Below are positions 36,146 through 47,058 of a DNA stretch of 64,000 nucleotides, one piece after another. Under the pieces are notes generated by a model, which did not search any database, was not told the origin of the DNA, and worked only from the letters and a program-made list of their open reading frames with translations. The DNA comes from Nemertoderma westbladi (taxonomy: Eukaryota; Animalia; Xenacoelomorpha). The position numbers were made by a program, and so were the translations under genes. The first letter of the stretch is position 1, and each line of letters opens with the position of its first letter. Location of the stretch: positions 1 through 64,000 of the forward strand of contig JAUCBJ010006975.1 in the NCBI GenBank assembly GCA_032718475.1. Reading direction: 5' to 3'.

Positions 36146-38542
36146 AAAATGGTGAAATTAATTTGCATGCTTTGTATTGTCTGATTGTTTAATACTCGTA
36201 CCGGTCAGCCGGTATTTCTATTTTATTATACACAGATCAGCAGATTATGCTGTTATGTATAATAAAAATATTGATTGAGAAAACCATGTTTATCTAAATA
36301 ATCTTTACAATTTTTGGGAAAATTTTTTCTTTTTTCTCGCTATTTCCCGAGGACTGGAGGAGACCGGGAAATTTGAGAAAAATATCAGAGTCTTTTCATA
36401 CATAGCGGTAGGATGCAGTAGGCCTACAGGCAGACAGGGTGTAGGCCCCTAATAAATATTCGAAAAAACATTTTCAATAGGCTAAAGATTGTGAAAAAAT
36501 TTAAGGTTTTTCCCCCGTTTTTTCATGAGAAAACCGGGAATTTTGAGAAAAATATCAGAGTCTTTTCATATATAGACAGACAAGGTAGAAATGAATATGA
36601 GAAAAATGTTCTAAGTGTTTTCCCACCAGACAAGTATTTTAGACACATGCGTTTTTTAGCGTTTCAGTGCCCCCCAATTAACGGTGTGGGCCACTTGGAA
36701 TCCGACTAGGCGGCGCACATATTGACATTTGGTGTATGTACATTTCTTACAGTAGGGGGCCACTGGGTTAAGAGTTTTTATGGTATACCGGTACTTAATA
36801 TGAGCATAAATAAGAAAGTGTTGGCGATGTATCTGAAAAATAAATAAATAAACGTTGCTCTTTGTTTTTCTCAAGTTGATTTGGATTAGGACAATGTGAT
36901 ACTTTTCACTCCTGCAATAATTCAGGTGGTTTGATGAGACTGCATAGGGGTGGGGGGCTGCTTAAGTCTTGTGGATATTGTATCGTCTTGGTTTGTTTTT
37001 AATTATACTGTATTCATCCCTATTGTCAGATTGTTATATTATTCCATTATCTGATTATTCCTACCCCCCCCCCCATCTGATTATAGGCCTATTAATTACT
37101 TAATGTTATCAGGTTATATAATCATCTATCTGCAATAAATTAGTTGTCAACTAAAGTGTCGTGATACTACACAAAAAGAGAGAATGTAACAAAGAAATGA
37201 AAAGAAAGGCAATGTTATAGTAAATGGATTTGTGTTATGCAACACTCTGTAGCAGCTCCTGGCTCCGAGGTAACTAATTTTGTACAGCCTGGGATTACTG
37301 ACTGTTTCTGAGTAGTATATTGAAGACATAAGTCTATGAAGGAGAGATAGTGTTTACTTTAGCTTGATTTACTGATTTATGTTGTCAGCCAGGGGCGTCC
37401 TTCCGGTTCAATGAGTTATTGGGCAGATTTATTACATTGCAAGACTGTTTGATGCTTATGGAATATAGATCGAGGTGAAGTTATTATTATAAACATTGTC
37501 AAATTAAACAGAGTTATCAGGATGGAAAACTCATTTTGTATAATGTAGTATCCTCAGACCACCTGTGACAAAAATTGATGGATGGGATAAATAGGGCTGT
37601 AGGGTGGGAGTTGGTGTGTAAGCCGCCTATGGAATCGGAAGAATATATCAAATTGACTGTTTTAATTATAACATTGACCTGCGGAATCAATAAGAATTGT
37701 TATGGAAGCAGAAATCTAATATTTATATCAAACACATGCTTGGTTGGTACTGTATCAGGAGATTGCCGCCTGTCAATATGTACAGTACACGTTCTCTGAA
37801 CCCAGAGTTATACTGCCGTATTTGGGCGAATACGACAGACTACTGTATTATATACGGTACAGTAATTTTGTTGTGGTTAGTGACGGGTTGTTAGTACAGT
37901 AGTATCTCATGCAAAAAAAAATTTAGAACTTTGTAATTATTTTGCAAATATTGGGTGTGACCGATGTGGCTCCGATGTGGTACCGATTGAGTCCGATGTG
38001 GCTTTTAGACGGACCCAGGGGAGGGGGGGGGGGGGGGGGGGGAGGCTGGGGGGAACTGGACGCAATAAAAATTCATCCCTCTCCAAGGGAAATTCGACGC
38101 AAAGCTGATTATTCTCAAAAATAAAACTGTAACCTGTTCTATTGTGCTTAGTTTATTGTTTTGGTTAAAATAACAATGCCACTGCTGCACTGTAACCTGC
38201 TCCTTTCCCTAAATTGAGAATTTAACATTGAGGTGGGATATTAATTCGCCAAGGTGCAAGGCAGGTTTTGCGTCCAGTTTTCCCCCCTGTCAGCCTGTCT
38301 CACATATGTACATTGATGAAGTGAAACAAAATAGAGTAAATAGATAAATTTCATTCAGAAAGACAACTGTGGGCTTAAAGTGCTGTTCAATAGAAACAAT
38401 ACGCTACCCATTCTGCCATTTTACTGCAGTGTACTGTACGTACAGTGTATTACAGTAGTACCGGTATAGTGCTGATGGAAAGACAAAATTGGACCTAAAG
38501 TCCAAAATTGGATGTGAAAAGTGAATCACAAAAAAAATGTGA

Positions 38543-39090
38543 TTGGTCGGAGCCGAATTCTGGATAATTTGGCCAGAGCCGGAGTTTTTCAAAAATTTAA
38601 AAAATGTAGGCCTACCGGTTAGCCGGTATTTAAATTTGGCCTATTTATTAAAATAAATAGGCCTATTAAAAAATTATTTATTTAAAAAAATAAAGTAGGC
38701 CTAGGCCTATGGCATATGGTTATCGCTCACCAATCGCTCATAGGCATCATAGGCCTACCGCGGTACCGGCCGATTTAAAATTTAAGTTTTTTTTACGGAC
38801 AGAGACGGCCTGACTGCAGATTGCCTGACGGCTAACAATTAGCCTACCTACAGACCTACAGCAGTACAGTACTGCAGTACCTAACTCGCTAACCTGCTAA
38901 CTGTCTGATACTCTAACTGTAGCTTAGCTGTAGTAGATAGGTACCGTCAGACCGTACCGGTACACCATGCTGCCATGACAGCAGTAAATGCCTGCAGTCT
39001 GGCAGTGGTACAGTCAAGCAGTCAGGCAGTAGTGGTACAGGTACAGCAAGACAGTATAAGCCTACTAGTATACGTACAGTCATAATAGCA
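38543..39090 (-). mobile_element. Degraded inverted relative of the 32168-32947 hAT MITE
   Basis: Reverse complement of ~32480-32925 (ccggagtttttcaaaaattt, aaagtaggccta..tggttatcg, ccaatcgctcata), with many small insertions. Confidence 0.7.
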
Positions 39091-41028
39091 TTTACAATTT
39101 TTTACAGTATGCAGGTATGGTACCTGTACTGCTATGCAGCCATGTACCATTACATTTTTGGTGTATGTGTTGACTTGACAGGCCTATCTCTGTATTATTT
39201 ATTACATTAGGCCTATTAGGCTATGGTACTGCAGTGCTGTATTACCTACTAAACTGAAACATTTTAAAGTCCACACTGTCATACAGACCTGTAGTGCTGG
39301 CGTACTGCTGTCAGTCTGTCAGACTGTCAGAGTCAGTATAGTAGTCATTGACTGCAAGTCAAGGACTACTATACTACTAGTATACAGTAGTAGTCCTTGC
39401 TGCAAGTAAATACTACAGTATGCCTGTATGCTAGATGCTGAAGCTATACTACAGTACTTATAGTGTTTTTTTTGTCCAGATTGTTTGGTGCGGAATCCCA
39501 TAACGGCCACATACATTTTCATTATATATACATGTTGGTTGATTCAAAAGTACAAAATGACATAAATATGTCATTTTAAAAGTATAAAGACATAAAAATG
39601 TCAATTTACCTTCCTATGTACATGTGCTAAAAGTGCCATTTCCACCACCTGGGGTCGTTTTTGACCCCATTCAGTTGAATGTGACATTTCCCCAAAATAC
39701 AGTATGGTAGGCCGACAATAATTTCCTGGTGTCTTTATTTTGTTACACTCCCAAAAAAAGTGTTCCATGCCAAATTTTATGAAAATTGAACCTACCGCTA
39801 CCACCTACTACCCTGGGGGTTTTACAGATATGCGAAAATTAACTTTGCCTGTTTCCCTATCATAGGGAACATACCCTTAAATAAGCTTCAAAAGTGGATT
39901 CTTATTTAAGGAAAATGGCTCTTATTTAAGGGTTTTGGGGCCATTTTTGGATATTTTTTCGATATTATATCCAATGACTTGTTTCAAGAAAAAATAGCGC
40001 ATAATTTTATTTCACAATGTAAAAGTTGGGTCTTTCTTTAACATATTGCAAAAAACCAGATAACATTTCACCGTCCGGTTTTTTTCTACAAACGTTTTAA
40101 AATTGCGTCAAAAATACGACCAGTTCCAAAATAAGATGGATTTTTTAAATTTACCTTATTTAAGACATCGAAATTGTACACAAAAATACTAAAAGTTCCT
40201 AAATAATAACTTTTTGACCTGGGGCCTTCGCGCAGAATAAAGTGAGAAAAGCCTTACTGTAGCTAGCCCTAGCAGCATATAGGGGCCCCGATAACGTGTT
40301 GTCTTTCGTTAGTCAGAGCTCAGAGGTCTTAAACACAATTCTTGTCTCCTTAATTTACCTCGTTGTGTTCGTTTTTTACCAAACTTCAGATTATTTCTAA
40401 TCTTTTGACGGACTACATACGTACCAAGTTTCGTTTAATTTCATCAAAAGGACCGAGTTATTAGCGATAAAAAATTTACGACGACGACAGACAACTTGTT
40501 AATGGCACTCATATGTTAAGGCTTCGCTCACTTAAACATACGGTACAGATACAGATAGGCAGTAATGTTGATGACCTACTTATTGTAATTATATATTTTG
40601 TCCTAACCCAACCATATGACTCGATCCCCATACATTCTATGTTATCTTTTATAAGTACGATATATTATTATTATATGGATAGAGAGGTATGTCGTAGTAT
40701 AGTTATACAATGCCCTGTAATTATCAGCAGCTTTAGTAAACCTTTCCTATTGGCCAACCTGTTCACAATATCCCATATTACTCAACCAGTGTTTCTCCTT
40801 GTGTATAAGGTGTATATCTCTCTGATTGGCTCACATGCAATGTTTGTTTATCTCATATGCACTTTCCAGTGGGTTTATATTGCCTTACATACAGTATTTC
40901 CTATATGTCATAGCGGCTGTTATAGTTAGTTATCTGACAGTGACACTGAAGTGTTAGGGAAGCACAGCCGGTTTCAGTATGTTTAGAGTTGGATCTTTCA
41001 TTAATGTATTAACATCATAACAATTAAG

Positions 41029-41568
41029 ATTACTGATTAACCCACATAAATCTACTTAGCAACATTATTACAATTACTATTATTATTAACGTTACCGTAT
41101 ATATTAACATATTGCATTAATATTCATCTTGTTATTTTAGTGCAATTTAGAAATACTATTGAGATTATATTGACAATTATTATTATTATATTTCATTTAT
41201 ATTTTATACTATACATGTTCTTTTAGCTAAGGTTAGATGCTTACATTCATATGACAAATGACACAACTCAAATGTCCATCCTGTTTCGTTGATATGTTTG
41301 TAAACTAAATCAATAAACGAAACAGAATGGACATTTGAGTTGTGTCATTTGTCATATGTAAGCATCTAACCTTAGCTAAAAGAACATGTATAAAATATAA
41401 ATGAAATATAATAATAATAATTGTCAATATAATCTCAATAGCATTTCTAAATTGCACTAAACTAACAAGATGAATATTAATGCATTATGTTAATATATAC
41501 GGTAACGTTAATAATAATAATAATTGTAATAATGTTGCTAAGTAGATTTATGTGGGTTAATCAGTAAT
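41029..41568. repeat. Long palindrome with ~260-bp arms and a ~25-nt spacer
   Basis: 41029-41290 is the near-perfect reverse complement of 41316-41568. Confidence 0.92.
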
Positions 41569-42159
41569 TTAAACAGTTAATCAGTTAAAAATATATAATT
41601 ACAATGAGTAGGTCATCAACATCCTCACACTCAAGGTATGGGTACAATACCCTACCTTCACAAACTGAAAATGTGTAAACCTGGCATAGTAGGACAATAT
41701 AACTTTGATAAGATAAACACATTTAGTACTGACTGTATATAGATTGGTCTCAACAAAAAAATATAATACCAGTTTAAAGATAATGTGAGCTAATAATATA
41801 TGTCCTGTATATGTAAAATGTGTAAAGTAACTGAACAATAACATATCTGCCAAATAATTAAATTCCAAATGAAACAAAGAATACTCTCATTTACAGACAA
41901 ATAATTTCTCCAATTAAACTTACAACCAAAACCAACAACAAAATATAAACGTCAATTCCATATCAATTGAAAGTATAAAACAATTCTGATTGTATAAGGT
42001 AAAATAAGCATTACATACCATCTAGTTAGAAAAAATGTTTCACTCAGTTGATAAGTTAAAATGCATCATCTTTGACAGAGTTGATTTCCACTGATAGACT
42101 TTGTGAACATCATTGTATCCCTGAAAGATCAGAGGTGATGGACATAATCATGCCACCAA

Positions 42160-42364
42160 GAATATCGTCGTCGATAGACTTCATCATGACACCATATATA
42201 TCGTTGTCGATAGACTTCATCATATCACCATATAGATCGTCGTCGATAGACTTCATATCACCATATAGATCGTCGTCGATAGACTTCATCATATCACCAT
42301 ATATATCTTCGTCAATAGACTTCATCATATCACCATATATATCGTCGTCGATAGATTTCATCAT
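42160..42364. repeat. 36-bp minisatellite (~5.5 units, one of 33 bp); the minus strand reads (MMKSIDDDIYGD)n
   Basis: Unit TCGTCGTCGATAGACTTCATCATATCACCATATA(T/G)A. Confidence 0.9.
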
Positions 42365-42671
42365 AATATGTACAAAATTATAATATATATAAGTTACAGA
42401 TTACAGTCATTAAAATGACACATTTATTTAATATTGATTAAATATTGCCTTTACAAAGGATTATTAATCACTTGGAAACCAAATCCGAGTCGTAATGATA
42501 GACTTCGGATGTCCCAAACAGACCAAAACAAGAATAAAAATAACAAAACCGAAACCGCGAAACCAGGAGAGAATACCAATAGCAGCTGTTTTGAATGCAG
42601 CGCAAAACCTAGAATGGATTAAAAGTTTGTAAAATATATATATTTATATCATTTCCCACATTCAGAATTAA

Positions 42672-42834
42672 TTGAAGTTAATATCAAACTCCATATCGTA
42701 GATATACTGTATATACCATTAACATCGTAATAACTAAAGATTATGAAATCAGTGTTGAAGTTAATATCAAACTCCATATCGTAGATATATATACCATTTA
42801 ACATCGTAATAACTAAAGATTATGAAATCAGTGT
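42672..42834. repeat. Tandem duplication of a ~80-bp unit
   Basis: TTGAAGTTAATATCAAACTCCATATCGTAG...GATTATGAAATCAGTGT x2. Confidence 0.85.
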
Positions 42835-43018
42835 AGTGGTTATAAGTTAATACACGATACAATAAATAACATTTTCATTTATTTATTATGATGTCGCTCA
42901 AAATACAGTTTTTTCCAAGTTTGATTCATAATATACATCACTCATGTTTACTTATCAAGGTGTTTGATGTACAATTACACCTTTACTAGACTCCGAGATA
43001 TGGTTAGGAAGTAGGTAC

Positions 43019-43549
43019 TCATTGAGCTTGCTCAAGTAGGCACAGCTTATGTATAGGGCGTTTGAGTACTGAACCTCCTCTCAACTTTATCACGGACTAA
43101 CTTGTCCTCCCCAGGGAAGACACGAGTAATCCGTCCAACTATCCATGCACCTTTGATAGAGTTCTCATCCATGACAAGAACCATATCGTTAACCTTAAGA
43201 TTGTATCCTGGGCGGTATCACTTTGTTCTTGTATGAAGGGTGGGTAGGTACTCCCTGATAAATCTCTTCCAAAAGAAATTACTTAGGACTTGAGATTGTC
43301 TCCAGGTACGTTCAATTCCATCGTTAGCTGTAATAAATAGACCTGGTGGTAGATTGGAAACAGGGTCAAGACATAGGGCATGATTTGAGGTAATTTCACC
43401 TCTAACATCATCAGTTGTTGAGTAGAGTGGACGACTGTTTAATATAGCCTGAGCTTCAGACAAGACTGTTCGCAATGTATCATCGTTAACTAACTCTTTT
43501 TCCAATGTCAATTTAATTATGTTTTTGGTTAGACCTACGAGACGTTCCC
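43019..43549 (-). pseudogene. BEL/Pao integrase C-terminal fragment with an in-frame stop
   Basis: Reads (W)ERLVGLTK..LRTVLSEAQAILNSRPL..FWKRFIREYLPTL..TK*..LKVNDMVLV..WIVGRITRVFPGED..KRPIHKLCLLE. It is cut off at 43549 by a TGT terminus. Confidence 0.85.
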
Positions 43550-44735
43550 TGTAAAGGCTTTTGCGTAATTAGCTGGTTATTTTCCCCGTAAAGTACTCTG
43601 TAGTTGGTTTAACAGGCATAAAAGGCCGTGTCCTTACTGTATTGTTGTTTTAGAGGACATAAAAGCCATTTCTTCTGTATGTGTACTTTAGAGGACATGA
43701 TTAGCAATTCTATGACGCAATACGCCGGATCCTCTTGAAACAGTGTAACTACCATGATGACGGCTAACAGCTGATATTGCCACGTGGAACATCTCTTTGT
43801 TCTTTGTTCTCTCTTTGTTCGGTCGACCAATCAGAGCGTTTTTTGCCTCTGTGTTGGAGATTGTATATAGAAACTAGTGAAGTGAGTCAGTATGTGATTT
43901 TGTCCACAGCCTACAACACCGGCGTGGAACCTCCGTGTTTCAGTCTTTAGTTCAACATTAGTAGGCTTAATTATAGAACGTATATCCGTTATCTGATCAT
44001 AACTCACTGAACTATCCATAACTTAACTAATCATACCATAACACAACTTACTTAACTCAATCCGTGTTTCGTACTGCTATTTACTGTCGGTTATTCATTA
44101 TATTTGTTGATGGAATATTATATTCGGAATACTGATAAACAATCAGACACCCCAATCTTCTTGATATACTAAAGGTTAGAGAGACCGGATACATATAACG
44201 ATTGCGACTTACATTAAGTGGTTTGAAGTGAATCTAATGCTATTTTATAGGCCCTACACGTATTGTCTGTTGTTTTCCTTATATGTGACTAAAATTAGTG
44301 AAGGTCGGCAGATTAGTGTGCAGCATTGTGCAGTATTGTGTATGATTGTGATTGATAACGAAGCATCTCCTAAAGAATGCGCCATATACGTGAATCTATA
44401 GCCATCCCGTTGTGTATAGTTTAAGTCATAACTCTGTTTATATATTTAAAGCGCCACGTCCTAAAGGAACTGTTAATATTTCCCGAAAGTGAATAATATT
44501 TGTCAGAGATTATATATATTACGATCAGTCGAATAATACAGTAGGCCTACCCCGCAATACGGTTAGGCTTCCGAATCCAGTCTCCCGGGTATATCCAGCG
44601 GGTGAATGATCGCGCATAGACTGGATTCGGCTAATGTAGTGTATCAAATACTTGTTATAGGCTAAAGACTATTTATCATCTAAAAGACACCCAAATTTGG
44701 CAGGTTAAACTGCTAAAGGTCTGAAAGCGCGAACA
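43550..44735 (+). mobile_element. Putative LTR (TGTAAAG...GAACA) upstream of the BEL gag ORF
   Basis: Begins with TGT exactly where the integrase fragment stops, and similarity to 17148-17937 ends exactly at ACA. No matching 3' LTR or tRNA PBS was found. Confidence 0.55.
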
Positions 44736-44886
44736 ATAACGGATATACTGGTTTGGATTGCAGGGTAGGCAATAAATACAGTTTAATATTGTTCTGGTAA
44801 GAACAATAACGGATATACTGGTTCGGATTGCAGGGTAGGCAATAAATACAGTTTAATATTGTTCTGGTAAGAACAATAATGGATAT
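44731..44886. repeat. 70-bp tandem repeat (~2.2 copies) directly after the putative LTR
   Basis: GAACAATAACGGATATACTGG... units start at 44731, 44801 and 44871. Confidence 0.9.
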
Positions 44887-45159
44887 TGCTTCTGTATTGC
44901 AGTAGGCAATAAAGCTGAAGTACCGGCCAACCGGTACCCAGTAGGCCTGACTACCTAACCACCCGGACTGGTACCTACAGCAGTACAGGTACAGCAGTAT
45001 TATTCGATTTTGATTATTATATACCAGTAGGTCTTAATAATTAATTGGGGATGCCTGGTTTTTATTGGGATTTTACTTAGGCCTATTTCTGTCAAGTTTT
45101 ATTTATTTGTAGGCCAATATTGAGCAGAAGGCGTGTAAGCCTGCTCAGATTGTACAGAC

Positions 45160-45735
45160 AATTTGTAGGCTAGACTGTTGTCTAACTGTTGTTAAGTCTG
45201 AACGGATTGCAGTGTGTGTAGAGCATCTGTCCGATAAAGTGCTAGTTAGGAACGTAGGGGCTTCAAGTGCTGTGAGGTAAACCCCTTTGAAAGAATAAGT
45301 CGTACTACTAGGTTAGAACGCATACTAACTAATCATTTCGGAGTCTGCATATACTGTAGTTTATTTAGGCTTGATAGTAGTCTGCCAGCGTTTGGTCTGT
45401 ACTTTGTTTGTGTAGTCTATGCGGGTAGCGTATAATTCTTATTTAGATAATTTGTAGGCTGGATAGTTGTCTGGCTGTTGTTAGGTCTTGAGAGATTTCG
45501 GTGTGTGTAGAGTGTATGTCCGATAAAGTGCCAGTTGGGAACGTAGGGGCTTCCAGAGCTGTGAGGTAAACCCCCTCGAAAGAATAAGTCGTACTACTGG
45601 GTTAGAACGCATACTAACTAACCATTTCGGAGTCTGCATATACCGTAGTTTGTTTGGGCTTGATAGTAGTCTGTCAGTGTTTGGTCTGCATTTTGTTTGA
45701 GTAGTCTGTACGCGTAGCGTAATATTTATTATTCA
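45160..45735. repeat. ~289-bp diverged tandem duplication in the BEL leader
   Basis: 45160-45448 vs 45449-45735 (gtccgataaagtgc, aacgtaggggcttc, aagaataagtcgtactact, catttcggagtctgcatata). Confidence 0.88.
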
Positions 45736-47058
45736 GAGTTTATGCGATTATTCGCAACATTCATATCCCCAAGTTTATTCCTACAGTAATTGTGCTTGTT
45801 ATACATACCGTTATAGTTAAACTAACCCCGGTACTACATCAGGGCTGCTTGGCGTAGGTAAAGACTGGAGATTTTGTGCTTTGGTCACTCCGGCAGATAC
45901 CGTGGTTCTTTTAGCTGTTCAAGTATTTTAACTACTAATTATTTGTTGTATAAGTACTTGTACCTAATTTAGGGTTTAGTGTACAGTGCTTTCCGAAGGC
46001 AATTAGTGTGTAGGCAGTATATTTGTGTTGTAAAGTGGTTAATAGGCACGTTGGTTCTGGTAGACCGCGGTAATTAACTTCTAGGTAGGAACACTCCGTG
46101 ATACATAACGTAGTACTTATAGCGATACGGCTATAAGTCGTCAGACGGTGGTATTTTTCTATCTGGACAACGCAGTATATTTACTACTACTTATTATTTT
46201 CAAATACCATAGTACTCTGTCCGTTGTAATAACCAGATTTCTAACCCTTTGTTAGGCTGGTTTGTAGACTTCTTGTAAAATTACCCTAAAAATTCGTACT
46301 TGTAAATTTTTGTGTTTATTTAGAGATTGTAATCTCAACCCGAATTGTACGTAATTTGTAGTATTAAGTAACTTAGGTAAATTAGAATTATTTGTTTTAG
46401 TGTCCAACAAGTAGCACTTCACTGAGAGCGCACAGCTTCTGTGTAGTGACTCCCCCAGAAATAATAACATTTATTTCAAATATTGACAAAAACCCATAAA
46501 CGGGTATATATATATTATAAATCAACTCAAACGATTTATAAATAGTAGGCCTGCCATACAACAACTAGGTCTCAATATCCGTTGGACTACTGCTCAAATA
46601 ACGGTAATAAAGTAAGTTAAAGTAACCAAGTAACCCCTAAAACTCAGAAATTCAATTATTCTAAAATAATTGACATACCGGTATTTACAATAGGCTTATT
46701 ATATTTATATATATAAATTTAGGCTGAAATTATACCGGTATTCTGTAATTAATTCTAGTTCATAATTATACTTATATACACTATAAGTGTAAGCTGTATA
46801 CCGGTATTCACGATAGGCCTATTATATATTTATATATATTTGTGCTGGAATTACATACCGGTATCCTGTGACAAACCTAGTCTGTAATAATACTTATATA
46901 TATACTATAAGCATACCGGTATTCTAATATATTATACATATATCACGCTACACTAAGTAGCAGTATCGGTAATTAATTACTAGGCTAACAGTGATACTGA
47001 ATTACTAGACTTGCTTAAACTGTAATATAGCAGTAGGCATTCAACTGTACAAACCAAC

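Noticed and set aside
44495-44700. Group I intron core suggested by TCAGAGATTA
   Set aside because: No recognisable P, Q or S elements or P7 pairing.
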